Shown: piece by piece, positions 12,001 to 26,400 of the stretch
How the letters are laid out: every line of letters begins with the position of its first letter
Position numbering within the stretch: the stretch's first letter is position 1
Source: Azolla caroliniana
Lineage: Eukaryota; Plantae; Polypodiophyta
Length of the DNA: 64,000 bases
Direction of reading: 5' to 3'
Assembly: GCA_043228905.1 (NCBI GenBank)
Contig: JBHGNT010000063.1
Coordinates: 62,001 to 126,000 of the forward strand
Position numbers and translations under genes: made by a program
The notes under the pieces: generated by a model
What the model was told of the DNA's origin: nothing
Seen by the model: only the letters and a program-made list of their open reading frames with translations
Databases searched by the model: none

Positions 12001-14418
12001 CATGACGAAATTACCAAATTTGAGGAGTGAGTTGAGAACAGCCCTTGAGTAAATTAAAATGTTCATACCTGGCTCATGTAATATCGGATTTTTGTTTTCA
12101 AACATGCAAATCGAAGCTAACACTTCTAGCTATGATATGGAATTAAAAAATCAAGATTTTGAAACTCAGGTCGATAGACTTGACGAAATTACCAAAGCTG
12201 AGGAGTGAGTTCAGAACAGCCCTTGAGTAAATTAAAATGTTCATACCTGGCTCGTGTTATATCGGATTTTTGTGTTCAAACATGCAAATCGAAGCTAACA
12301 ACGCTAGCTATGATATGGAATTAAAAAATCAAGATTTTGAAACTCAAGTCGAGAGACATGACGAAATTACCAAATTTGAGGAGTGAGTTGAGAAGAGCCC
12401 TTGAGCAAATTAAAATGTTCATACCTGGCTCGTGTGATATCGGAATTTTGTGTTCAAACATGCAAATCGAAGCTAACAACGCTAGCTATGATATGGAATT
12501 AAAAAATCAAGATTTTGAAACTCAGGTCGAGAGACATGACGAAATTACCAAATTTGAGGAGTGAGTTGAGAAGAGCCCTTGAGTAAATTAAAATGTTCAT
12601 ACCTGGCTCGTGTGATATCAGAATTTTGTGTTCAAACATGCAAATCGAAGCTAACAACGCTAGCTATGATATGGAATTAAAAAATCAAGATTTTGAAACT
12701 CAGGTCGAGAGACATGACGAAATTACCAAATTTGAGGAGTGAGTTGAGAACAGCCCTTGAGTAAATTAAAATGTTCATACCTGGCTCATGTAATATCGGA
12801 TTTTTGTTTTCAAACATGCAAATCGAAGCTAACACTTCTAGCTATGATATGGAATTAAAAAATCAAGATTTTGAAACTCAGGTCGATAGACTTGACGAAA
12901 TTACCAAAGCTGAGGAGTGAGTTCAGAACAGCCCTTGAGTAAATTAAAATGTTCATACCTGGCTCGTGTTATATCGGATTTTTGTGTTCAAACATGCAAA
13001 TCGAAGCTAACAACGCTAGCTATGATATGGAATTAAAAAATCAAGATTTTGAAACTCAAGTCCAGAGACATGACGAAAATAGCAAACTTGAGGAGGGAGT
13101 TGAGAGGAGCCCTTGAGTAAATTAGAATGTTCATACCTGGCTCGTGTGATATCGGATTTTTGTGTTCAAACATGCAAATCGAAGCTAACAATGCTAGCTA
13201 TGATATGGAATTAAAAAATCAAGATTTTGAAACTCAGGTCGAGAGACATGACGAAATTACCAAGTTTGAGGAGTGAGTTGAGAAGAGCCCTTGAGTAAAT
13301 TAAAATGTTCATACCTGGCTCGTGTGATATCGGAATTTTGTGTTCAAACATGCAAATCGAAGCTAACAACGCTAGGTATGATATGGAATTAAAAAATCAA
13401 GATTTTGAAACTCAAGTCGAGAGACATGACGAAATTACCAAATTTGAGGAGTGAGTTGAGAAGAGCCCTTGAGTAAATTAAAATGTTCATACCTGGCTCG
13501 TGTGATATCGGAATTTTGTGTTCAAACATGCAAATCGAAGCTAACAACGCTAGCTATGATATGGAATTAAAAACTCAAGATTTTGAAACTCAGGTCGAGA
13601 GACATGACGAAATTACCAAATTTGAGGAGTGAGTTGAGAAGAGCCCTTGAGTAAATTAAAATGTTCATACCTGGCTCGTGTGATATCGGAATTTTGTGTT
13701 CAAACATGCAAATCGAAGCTAACAACGCTAGGTATGATATGGAATTAAAAAATCAAGATTTTGAAACTCAAGTCGAGAGACATGACGAAATTACCAAATT
13801 TGAGGAGTGAGTTGACAAGAGCCCTTGAGTAAATTAAAATGTTCATACCTGGCTCGTGTGATATCGGAATTTTGTGTTCAAACTTGCAAATCGAAGCTAA
13901 CAACGCTAGATATGATATGGAATTAAAAAATCAAGATTTTGAAACTCAGGTCGAGAGACATGACGAAATTATCAAATTTGAGGAGTGAGTTGAGAACAAC
14001 CCTTGAGTAAATTAAAATGTTCATACCTGGCTCGTGTAATATCGGATTTTTGTGTTCAAACATGCGAATCGAAGCTAACACTTCTAGCTATGATATGGAA
14101 TCAAAAAACCAAGATTTTTAAACTCAGGTCGAGAGACATGACGAAATTACCAAATTTGAGGAGTGAGTTGAGAAGAGCTAGTAGGTAAATTTAAATGTTC
14201 ATACCTAGCTCGTGTGATATCGGATTTTTGTGTTCAAACATGCAAATCGAAGCTAACAACGCTAGCTATGATATGGAATTAAAAATTCAAGAATTTGAAA
14301 CTCAGGTCAAGAGACATGACGAAAATAGCAAACTTGAGGAGGGAGTTGAGAGGAGCCCTTGAGTAAATTAAAATGTTCATACCTGGCTCGTGTGATATCG
14401 GATTTTTGTGTTCAAACA
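1..14418. repeat. HOR domain A: 11-mer-spaced start, then three related copies of a 22- to 28-monomer unit
   Basis: Marker ORFs lie at 411/2369 (1958 bp), 3437/7353 and 5103/9019 (3916 bp, 22-mer), and 9019/14003 (4984 bp, 28-mer). The private SNP string GAGCAAATT, GTCGATAGACTT, ATTAGAATG, AAAACTCAAG, GTTGACAAG, GCTAGATATG, TCAAAAAACC recurs in the same order three times. Confidence 0.9.
11571..12994. repeat. Local 4-mer (712 bp) tandem duplication within the third unit of domain A
   Basis: Identical ORFs at 11625 and 12337. The TGATATCAGA variant is at 11901 and 12613, and the CACTTCT/GTCGATAGACTT monomer occurs twice, 712 bp apart. Confidence 0.9.
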
Positions 14419-16198
14419 TGCAAATCGAAGCTAACAACGCTAGCTATGATATGGAATTAAAAAATCAAGATTTTGAAACTCAGGTCGAGAGACATGACGA
14501 AATTACCAAATTTGAGGAGTGAGTTGAGAAGAGCTAGTAGGTAAATTTAAATGTTCATACTTGGCTCGTGTGATATCGGATTGTTGTGTTCACACATGCG
14601 AATCGAAGCTAACAACGCTAGCTATGATATGGAATTAAAAAATCAAGATTTTGAAACTCAAGTCGAGAGACATGACAAAATTACCAAGTTTGAGGAGGGA
14701 GTTGAGAGGAGCCCTTGAGTAAATTAAAATGTTCATACCTGGCTCGTGTGATATCGGATTTTTGTGTTCACACATGCGAATCGAAGCTAACAACGCTAGC
14801 TATGATATGGAATTAAAAAATCAAGATTTTGAAACTCAAGTCAAGAGACATGACGAAATTACCAAATTTGAGGAGTGAGTTGAGAAGAGCCCTTGAGTAA
14901 ATTAAAATGTTCATACCTGGCTCGTGTGATATCGGATTTTTGTGTTCAAACATGCATATCGAAGCTAACGACGCGAGCTATGATATAGAATTAAAAAATC
15001 AAGATTTTGAAACTCAGGTCGAGAGACATGAAAAAATTACCAAATTTGAGGAGTGAGTTGAGAACAGCCCTTGAGTAAATTAAAATATTCATACCTGGCT
15101 CGTGCGATATCGGATTTTTGTGTTCAAACATGCAAATCGAAGCTAACAACGCTAGCTATGATATGGAATTAAAAAATCAAGATTTTGAAACTCAAGTCCA
15201 GAGACATGACGAAAATAGCAAACTTGAGGAGGGAGTTGAGAGGAGCCCTTGAGTAAATTAAAATGTTCATACCTGGCTCGTGTGATATCGGATTTTTGTG
15301 TTCAAACATGCAAATCGAAGCTAACAACGCTAGCTATGATATGGAATTAAAAAATCAAGAATTTGAAACTCAGGTCGAGAGACATGACGAAATTACCAAA
15401 TTTGAGGAGTGAGTTGAGAACAGCCCTTGAGTAAATTAAAATGTTCATACCTGGCTCGTGTGATATCGGATTTTTGTGTTCAAACATGCAAATCGAAGCT
15501 AACAACGCTAGCTATGATATGGAATTAAAAAATCAAGAATTTGAAACTCAGGTCGAGAGACATGACGAAATTACCAAATTTGAGGAGTGAGTTGAGAACA
15601 GCCCTTGAGTAAATTAAAATGTTCATACCTGGCTCGTGTGATATCGGACATTTGTGTTCAAACATGCAAATCGAAGCTAACAACGCTAGCTATGATATGG
15701 AATTAAAAAATCAAGATTTTGAAACTCAAGTCCAGAGACATGACGAAAATAGCAAACTTGAGGAGGGAGTTGAGAGGAGCCCTTGAGTTAATTAAAATGT
15801 TCATACCTGGCTCGTGTGATATCGGATTTTTGTGTTTAAACATGCAAACCGAAGCTAACAACGCTAGCTATGATATGGAATTAAAAAATCAAGAGTTTGA
15901 AACTCAGGTCGAGAGACATGACGAAATTACCAAATTTGAGGAGTGAGTTGAGAAGAGCTAGTAGGTAAATTTAAATGTTCATACCTAGCTCGTGTGATAT
16001 CGGATTTTTGTGTTCAAACATGCAAATCGAAGCTAACAACGCTAGCTATGATATGGAATTAAAAATTCAAGAATTTGAAACTCAGGTCAAGAGACATGAC
16101 GAAAATAGCAAACTTGAGGAGGGAGTTGAGAGGAGCCCTTGAGTAAATTAAAATGTTCATACCTGGCTCGTGTGATATCGGATTTTTGTGTTCAAACA

Positions 16199-19100
16199 TG
16201 CAAATCGAAGCTAACAACGCTAGCTATGATATGGAATTAAAAAATCAAGATTTTGAAACTCAGGTCGAGAGACATGACGAAATTACCAAATTTGAGGAGT
16301 GAGTTGAGAAGAGCTAGTAGGTAAATTTAAATGTTCATACTTGGCTCGTGTGATATCGGATTTTGGTGTTCACACATGCGAATCGAAGCTAACAACGCTA
16401 GCTATGATATGGAATTAAAAAATCAAGATTTTGAAACTCAAGTCGAGAGACATGACAAAATTACCAAGTTTGAGGAGGGAGTTGAGAGGAGCCCTTGAGT
16501 AAATTAAAATGTTCATACCTGGCTCGTGTGATATCGGATTTTTGTGTTCACACATGCGAATCGAAGCTAACAACGCTAGCTATGATATGGAATTAAAAAA
16601 TCAAGATTTTGAAACTCAAGTCAAGAGACATGACGAAATTACCAAATTTGAGGAGTGAGTTGAGAAGAGCCCTTGAGTAAATTAAAATGTTCATACCTGG
16701 CTCGTGTGATATCGGATTTTTGTGTTCAAACATGCATATCGAAGCTAACGACGCGAGCTATGATATAGAATTAAAAAATCAAGATTTTGAAACTCAGGTC
16801 GAGAGACATGAAAAAATTACCAAATTTGAGGAGTGAGTTGAGAACAGCCCTTGAGTAAATTAAAATATTCATACCTGGCTCGTGCGATATCGGATTTTTG
16901 TGTTCAAACATGCAAATCGAAGCTAACAACGCTAGCTATGATATGGAATTAAAAAATCAAGATTTTTAAACTCAGGTCGAGAGACATGACGAAATTACCA
17001 AATTTGAGGAGTGAGTTGAGAAGAGCTAGTAGGTAAATTTAAATGTTCATACCTAGCTCGTGTGATATCGGATTTTTGTGTTCAAACATGCAAATCGAAG
17101 CTAACAACGCTAGCTATGATATGGAATTAAAAATTCAAGAATTTGAAAGTCAGGTCAAGAGACATGACGAAAATAGCAAACTTGAGGAGGGAGTTGAGAG
17201 GAGCCCTTGAGTAAATTAAAATGTTCATACCTGGCTCGTGTGATATCGGATTTTTGTGTTCAAACATGCAAATCGAAGCTAACAACGCTAGCTATGATAT
17301 GGAATTAAAAAATCAAGAATTTGAAACTCAGGTCGAGAGACATGACGAAATTACCAAATTTGAGGAGTGAGTTGAGAACAGCCCTTGAGTAAATTAAAAT
17401 GTTCATACCTGGCTCGTGTGATATCGGAATTTTGTGTTCAAACATGCAAATCGAAGCTAACAACGCGAGCTACGATATGGAATTAAAAAATCAAGATTTT
17501 GAAACTCAGGTTGAGAGACATCACGAAATTACCAAATTTGAGGAGGGAGTTGAGAGGAGCCCTTGAGTAAATTAAAATGTTCATACCTGGCTCGTGTGAT
17601 ATCGGATTTTTGTGTTCAAACATGCAAATCGAAGCTAACAACGCTAGCTATGATATGGAATTAAAAAATCAAGATTTTGAAACTCAGGTCGAGAGACATG
17701 ACGAAATTACCAAATTTGAGGAGTGAGTTGAGAAGAGCTAGTAGGTAAATTTAAATGTTCATACTTGGCTCGTGTGATATCGGATTTTGGTGTTCACACA
17801 TGCGAATCGAAGCTAACAACGCTAGCTATGATATGGAATTAAAAAATCAAGATTTTGAAACTCAAGTCGAGAGACATGACAAAATTACCAAGTTTGAGGA
17901 GGGAGTTGAGAGGAGCCCTTGAGTAAATTAAAATGTTCATACCTGGCTCGTGTGATATCGGTTTTTGTGTTCACACATGCGAATCGAAGCTAACAACGCT
18001 AGCTATGATATGGAATTAAAAAATCAAGATTTTGAAACTCAAGTCAAGAGACATGACGAAATTACCAAATTTGAGGAGTGAGTTGAGAAGAGCCCTTGAG
18101 TAAATTAAAATGTTCATACCTGGCTCGTGTGATATCGGATTTTTGTGTTCAAACATGCATATCGAAGCTAACGACGCGAGCTATGATATAGAATTAAAAA
18201 ATCAAGATTTTGAAACTCAGGTCGAGAGACATGAAAAAATTACCAAATTTGAGGAGTGAGTTGAGAACAGCCCTTGAGTAAATTAAAATATTCATACCTG
18301 GCTCGTGCGATATCGGATTTTTGTGTTCAAACATGCAAATCGAAGCTAACAACGCTAGCTATGATATGGAATTAAAAAATCAAGATTTTTAAACTCAGGT
18401 CGAGAGACATGACGAAATTACCAAATTTGAGGAGTGAGTTGAGAAGAGCTAGTAGGTAAATTTAAATGTTCATACCTAGCTCGTGTGATATCGGATTTTT
18501 GTGTTCAAACATGCAAATCGAAGCTAACAACGCTAGCTATGATATGGAATTAAAAATTCAAGAATTTGAAAGTCAGGTCAAGAGACATGACGAAAATAGC
18601 AAACTTGAGGAGGGAGTTGAGAGGAGCCCTTGAGTAAATTAAAATGTTCATACCTGGCTCGTGTGATATCGGATTTTTGTGTTCAAACATGCAAATCGAA
18701 GCTAACAACGCTAGCTATGATATGGAATTAAAAAATCAAGAATTTGAAACTCAGGTCGAGAGACATGACGAAATTACCAAATTTGAGGAGTGAGTTGAGA
18801 ACAGCCCTTGAGTAAATTAAAATGTTCATACCTGGCTCGTGTGATATCGGAATTTTGTGTTCAAACATGCAAATCGAAGCTAACAACGCGAGCTACGATA
18901 TGGAATTAAAAAATCAAGATTTTGAAACTCAGGTTGAGAGACATCACGAAATTACCAAATTTGAGGAGGGAGTTGAGAGGAGCCCTTGAGTAAATTAAAA
19001 TGTTCATACCTGGCTCGTGTGATATCGGATTTTTGTGTTCAAACATGCAAATCGAAGCTAACAACGCTAGCTATGATATGGAATTAAAAAATCAAGATTT

Positions 19101-20469
19101 TGAAACTCAGGTCGAGAGACATGACGAAATTACCAAATTTGAGGAGTGAGTTGAGAAGAGCTAGTAGGTAAATTTAAATGTTCATACTTGGCTCGTGTGA
19201 TATCGGATTTTGGTGTTCACACATGCGAATCGAAGCTAACAACGCTAGCTATGATATGGAATTAAAAAATCAAGATTTTGAAACTCAAGTCGAGAGACAT
19301 GACAAAATTACCAAGTTTGAGGAGGGAGTTGAGAGGAGCCCTTGAGTAAATTAAAATGTTCATACCTGGCTCGTGTGATATCGGATTTTTGTGTTCACAC
19401 ATGCGAATCGAAGCTAACAACGCTAGCTATGATATGGAATTAAAAAATCAAGATTTTGAAACTCAAGTCAAGAGACATGACGAAATTACCAAATTTGAGG
19501 AGTGAGTTGAGAAGAGCCCTTGAGTAAATTAAAATGTTCATACCTGGCTCGTGTGATATCGGATTTTTGTGTTCAAACATGCATATCGAAGCTAACGACG
19601 CGAGCTATGATATAGAATTAAAAAATCAAGATTTTGAAACTCAGGTCGAGAGACATGAAAAAATTACCAAATTTGAGGAGTGAGTTGAGAACAGCCCTTG
19701 AGTAAATTAAAATATTCATACCTGGCTCGTGCGATATCGGATTTTTGTGTTCAAACATGCAAATCGAAGCTAACAACGCTAGCTATGATATGGAATTAAA
19801 AAATCAAGATTTTTAAACTCAGGTCGAGAGACATGACGAAATTACCAAATTTGAGGAGTGAGTTGAGAAGAGCTAGTAGGTAAATTTAAATGTTCATACC
19901 TAGCTCGTGTGATATCGAATTTTTGTGTTCAAACATGCAAATCGAAGCTAACAACGCTAGCTATGATATGGAATTAAAAATTCAAGAATTTGAAAGTCAG
20001 GTCAAGAGACATGACGAAAATAGCAAACTTGAGGAGGGAGTTGAGAGGAGCCCTTGAGTAAATTAAAATGTTCATACCTGGCTCGTGTGATATCGGATTT
20101 TTGTGTTCAAACATGCAAATCGAAGCTAACAACGCTAGCTATGATATGGAATTAAAAAATCAAGAATTTGAAACTCAGGTCGAGAGACATGACGAAATTA
20201 CCAAATTTGAGGAGTGAGTTGAGAACAGCCCTTGAGTAAATTAAAATGTTCATACCTGGCTCGTGTGATATCGGAATTTTGTGTTCAAACATGCAAATCG
20301 AAGCTAACAACGCGAGCTACGATATGGAATTAAAAAATCAAGATTTTGAAACTCAGGTCGAGAGACATGACGAAATTACCAAATTTGAGGAGGGAGTTGA
20401 GAGGAGCCCTTGAGTAAATTAAAATGTTCATACCTGGCTCGTGTGATATCGGATTTTTGTGTTCAAACA
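16199..20469. repeat. 8-mer HOR (1424 bp), three copies
   Basis: Marker CGTGCGATATC at 16881, 18304 and 19728 (1423 and 1424 apart, with a 1-bp deletion at about 17961). The markers TTTTGGTGTTCACAC, CATGCATATC, GAAAGTCAGG and GCGAGCTACG co-recur. Confidence 0.92.
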
Positions 20470-23400
20470 TGCAAATCGAAGCTAACAACGCTAGCTATGA
20501 TATGGAATTAAAAAATCAAGATTTTGAAACTCAGGTCGAGAGACATGACGAAATTACCAAATTTGAGGAGTGAGTTGAGAAAAGGTAGTAGGTAAATTTA
20601 AATGTTCATACTTGGCTCGTGTGATATCGGATTTTTGTGTTCACACATGCGAATCTAAGCTAACAACGCTAGCTATGATATGGAATTAAAAAATCAAGAT
20701 TTTGAAACTCAAGTCCAGAGACATGACGAAAATAGCAAACTTGAGGAGGGAGTTGAGAGGAGCCCTTGAGTAAATTAAAATGTTCATACCTGGCTCGTGT
20801 GATATCGGATTTTTGTGTTCAAACATGCAAATCGAAGCTAACAACGCTAGCTATGATATGGAATTAAAAAATCAAGATTTTGAAACTCAGGTCGAGAGAC
20901 ATGACGAAATTATCAAATTTGAGGAGTGAGTTGAGAACAGCCCTTGAGTAAATTAAAATGTTCATACCTGGCTCGTGTAATATCGGATTTTTGTGTTCAA
21001 ACATGCGAATCGAAGCTAACACTTCTACCTATGATATGGAATCAAAAAATCAAGATTTTTAAACTCAGGTCGAGAGACATGACGAAATTACCAAATTTGA
21101 GGAGTGAGTTGAGAAGAGCTAGTAGGTAAATTTAAATGTTCATACCTAGCTCGTGTGATATCGGATTTTTGTGTTCAAACATGCAAATCGAAGCTAACAA
21201 CGCTAGCTATGATATGGAATTAAAAATTCAAGAATTTGAAAGTCAGGTCAAGAGACATGACGAAAATAGCAAACTTGAGGAGGGAGTTGAGAGGAGCCCT
21301 TGAGTAAATTAAAATGTTCATACCTGGCTCGTGTGATATCGGATTTTTGTGTTCAAACATGCAAATCGAAGCTAACAACGCTAGCTATGATATGGAATTA
21401 AAAAATCAAGATTTTGAAACTCAGGTCGAGAGACATGACGAAATTACCAAATTTGAGGAGTGAGTTGAGAAGAGCTAGTAGGTAAATTTAAATGTTCATA
21501 CTTGGCTCGTGTGATATCGGATTTTTGTGTTCACACATGCGAATCGAAGCTAACAACGCTAGCTATGATATGGAATTAAAAAATCAAGATTTTGAAACTC
21601 AAGTCGAGAGACATGACAAAATTACCAAGTTTGAGGAGGGAGTTGAGAGGAGCCCTTGAGTAAATTAAAATGTTCATACCTGGCTCGTGTGATATCGGAT
21701 TTTTGTGTTCACACATGCGAATCGAAGCTAACAACGCTAGCTATGATATGGAATTAAAAAATCAAGATTTTGAAACTCAAGTCAAGAGACATGACGAAAT
21801 TACCAAATTTGAGGAGTGAGTTGAGAAGAGCCCTTGAGTAAATTAAAATGTTCATACCTGGCTCGTGTGATATCGGATTTTTGTGTTCAAACATGCATAT
21901 CGAAGCTAACGACGCGAGCTATGATATAGAATTAAAAAATCAAGATTTTGAAACTCAGGTCGAGAGACATGAAAAAATTACCAAATTTGAGGAGTGAGTT
22001 GAGAACAGCCCTTGAGTAAATTAAAATATTCATACCTGGCTCGTGCGATATCGGATTTTTGTGTTCAAACATGCAAATCGAAGCTAACAACGCTAGCTAT
22101 GATATGGAATTAAAAAATCAAGATTTTGAAACTCAAGTCCAGAGACATGACGAAAATAGCAAACTTGAGGAGGGAGTTGAGAGGAGCCCTTGAGTAAATT
22201 AAAATGTTCATACCTGGCTCGTGTGATATCGGATTTTTGTGTTCAAACATGCAAATCGAAGCTAACAACGCGAGCTATGATATGGAATTAAAAAATCAAG
22301 ATTTTGAAACTCAGGTCGAGAGACATGACGAAATTACCAAATTTGAGGAGTGAGTTGAGAGGAGCCCTTGAGTAAATTAAAATGTTCATACCTGGCTCGT
22401 GTGATATCGGATTTTTGTGTTCAAACATGCAAATCGAAGCTAACAACGCTAGCTATGATATGGAATTAAAAAATCAAGATTTTGAAACTCAGGTCGAGAG
22501 ACATGACGAAATTACCAAATTTGAGGAGTGAGTTGAGAAGAGCCCTTGAGTAAATTAAAATGTTCATACCTGGCTCGTGTGATATCGGAATTTTGTGTTC
22601 AAACATGCAAATCGAAGCTAACAACGCTAGGTATGATATGGAATTAAAAAATCAAGATTTTGAAACTCAAGTCGAGAGACATGACGAAATTACCAAATTT
22701 GAGGAGTGAGTTGAGAAGAGCCCTTGAGTAAATTAAAATGTGCATACCTGGCTCGTGTGATATCGGAATTTTGTGTTCAAACTTGCAAATCGAAGCTAAC
22801 AACGCTAGCTATGATATGGAATTAAAAAATCAAGATTTCGAAACTCAGGTCGAGAGACATGACGAAATTATCAAATTTGAGGAGTGAGTTGAGAACAGCC
22901 CTTGAGTAAATTAAAATGTTCATACCTGGCTCGTGTAATATCGGATTTTTGTGTTCAAACATGCGAATCGAAGCTAACACTTCTAGCTATGATATGGAAT
23001 CAAAAAATCAAGATTTTTAAACTCAGGTCGAGAGACATGACGAAATTACCAAATTTGAGGAGTGAGTTGAGAAGAGCTAGTAGGTAAATTTAAATGTTCA
23101 TACCTAGCTCGTGTGATATCGGATTTTTGTGTTCAAACATGCAAATCGAAGCTAACAACGCTAGCTATGATATGGAATTAAAAATTCTAGAATTTGAAAC
23201 TCAGGTCAAAAGACATGACGAAAATAGCAAACTTGAGGAGGGAGTTGAGAGGAGCCCTTGAGTAAATTAAAATGTTCATACCTGGCTCGTGTGATATCGG
23301 ATTTTTGTGTTCAAACATGCAAATCGAAGCTAACAACGCTAGCTATGATATGGAATTAAAAAATCAAGAATTTGAAACTCAGGTCGAGAGACATGACGAA

Positions 23401-26400
23401 ATTACCAAATTTGAGGAGTGAGTTGAGAACAGCCCTTGAGTAAATTAAAATGTTCATACCTGGCTCGTGTGATATCGGATTTTTGTGTTCAAACATGCAA
23501 ATCGAAGCTAACAACGCTAGCTATGATATGGAATTAAAAAATCAAGAATTTGAAACTCAGGTCGAGAGACATGACGAAATTACCAAATTTGAGGAGTGAG
23601 TTGAGAACAGCCCTTGAGTAAATTAAAATGTTCATACCTGGCTCGTGTGATATCGGACATTTGTGTTCAAACATGCAAATCGAAGCTAACAACGCTAGCT
23701 ATGATATGGAATTAAAAAATCAAGATTTTGAAACTCAAGTCCAGAGACATGACGAAAATAGCAAACTTGAGGAGGGAGTTGAGAGGAGCCCTTGAGTTAA
23801 TTAAAATGTTCATACCTGGCTCGTGTGATATCGGATTTTTGTGTTTAAACATGCAAACCGAAGCTAACAACGCTAGCTATGATATGGAATTAAAAAATCA
23901 AGAGTTTGAAACTCAGGTCGAGAGACATGACGAAATTACCAAATTTGAGGAGTGAGTTGAGAAGAGCTAGTAGGTAAATTTAAATGTTCATACCTAGCTC
24001 GTGTGATATCGGATTTTTGTGTTCAAACATGCAAATCGAAGCTAACAACGCTAGCTATGATATGGAATTAAAAATTCAAGAATTTGAAACTCAGGTCAAG
24101 AGACATGACGAAAATAGCAAACTTGAGGAGGGAGTTGAGAGGAGCCCTTGAGTAAATTAAAATGTTCATACCTGGCTCGTGTGATATCGGATTTTTGTGT
24201 TCAAACATGCAAATCGAAGCTAACAACGCTAGCTATGATATGGAATTAAAAAATCAAGATTTTGAAACTCAGGTCGAGAGACATGACGAAATTATCAAAT
24301 TTGAGGAGTGAGTTGAGAACAGCCCTTGAGTAAATTAAAATGTTCATACCTGGCTCGTGTAATATCGGATTTTTGTGTTCAAACATGCGAATCGAAGCTA
24401 ACACTTCTACCTATGATATGGAATCAAAAAATCAAGATTTTTAAACTCAGGTCGAGAGACATGACGAAATTACCAAATTTGAGGAGTGAGTTGAGAAGAG
24501 CTAGTAGGTAAATTTAAATGTTCATACCTAGCTCGTGTGATATCGGATTTTTGTGTTCAAACATGCAAATCGAAGCTAACAACGCTAGCTATGATATGGA
24601 ATTAAAAATTCAAGAATTTGAAAGTCAGGTCAAGAGACATGACGAAAATAGCAAACTTGAGGAGGGAGTTGAGAGGAGCCCTTGAGTAAATTAAAATGTT
24701 CATACCTGGCTCGTGTGATATCGGATTTTTGTGTTCAAACATGCAAATCGAAGCTAACAACGCTAGCTATGATATGGAATTAAAAAATCAAGATTTTGAA
24801 ACTCAGGTCGAGAGACATGACGAAATTACCAAATTTGAGGAGTGAGTTGAGAAAAGGTAGTAGGTAAATTTAAATGTTCATACTTGGCTCGTGTGATATC
24901 GGATTTTTGTGTTCACACATGCGAATCTAAGCTAACAACGCTAGCTATGATATGGAATTAAAAAATCAAGATTTTGAAACTCAAGTCCAGAGACATGACG
25001 AAAATAGCAAACTTGAGGAGGGAGTTGAGAGGAGCCCTTGAGTAAATTAAAATGTTCATACCTGGCTCGTGTGATATCGGATTTTTGTGTTCAAACATGC
25101 AAATCGAAGCTAACAACGCTAGCTATGATATGGAATTAAAAAATCAAGATTTTGAAACTCAGGTCGAGAGACATGACGAAATTATCAAATTTGAGGAGTG
25201 AGTTGAGAACAGCCCTTGAGTAAATTAAAATGTTCATACCTGGCTCGTGTAATATCGGATTTTTGTGTTCAAACATGCGAATCGAAGCTAACACTTCTAC
25301 CTATGATATGGAATCAAAAAATCAAGATTTTTAAACTCAGGTCGAGAGACATGACGAAATTACCAAATTTGAGGAGTGAGTTGAGAAGAGCTAGTAGGTA
25401 AATTTAAATGTTCATACCTAGCTCGTGTGATATCGGATTTTTGTGTTCAAACATGCAAATCGAAGCTAACAACGCTAGCTATGATATGGAATTAAAAATT
25501 CAAGAATTTGAAAGTCAGGTCAAGAGACATGACGAAAATAGCAAACTTGAGGAGGGAGTTGAGAGGAGCCCTTGAGTAAATTAAAATGTTCATACCTGGC
25601 TCGTGTGATATCGGATTTTTGTGTTCAAACATGCAAATCGAAGCTAACAACGCTAGCTATGATATGGAATTAAAAAATCAAGATTTTGAAACTCAGGTCG
25701 AGAGACATGACGAAATTACCAAATTTGAGGAGTGAGTTGAGAAGAGCTAGTAGGTAAATTTAAATGTTCATACTTGGCTCGTGTGATATCGGATTTTTGT
25801 GTTCACACATGCGAATCGAAGCTAACAACGCTAGCTATGATATGGAATTAAAAAATCAAGATTTTGAAACTCAAGTCGAGAGACATGACAAAATTACCAA
25901 GTTTGAGGAGGGAGTTGAGAGGAGCCCTTGAGTAAATTAAAATGTTCATACCTGGCTCGTGTGATATCGGATTTTTGTGTTCACACATGCGAATCGAAGC
26001 TAACAACGCTAGCTATGATATGGAATTAAAAAATCAAGATTTTGAAACTCAAGTCAAGAGACATGACGAAATTACCAAATTTGAGGAGTGAGTTGAGAAG
26101 AGCCCTTGAGTAAATTAAAATGTTCATACCTGGCTCGTGTGATATCGGATTTTTGTGTTCAAACATGCATATCGAAGCTAACGACGCGAGCTATGATATA
26201 GAATTAAAAAATCAAGATTTTGAAACTCAGGTCGAGAGACATGAAAAAATTACCAAATTTGAGGAGTGAGTTGAGAACAGCCCTTGAGTAAATTAAAATA
26301 TTCATACCTGGCTCGTGCGATATCGGATTTTTGTGTTCAAACATGCAAATCGAAGCTAACAACGCTAGCTATGATATGGAATTAAAAAATCAAGATTTTG

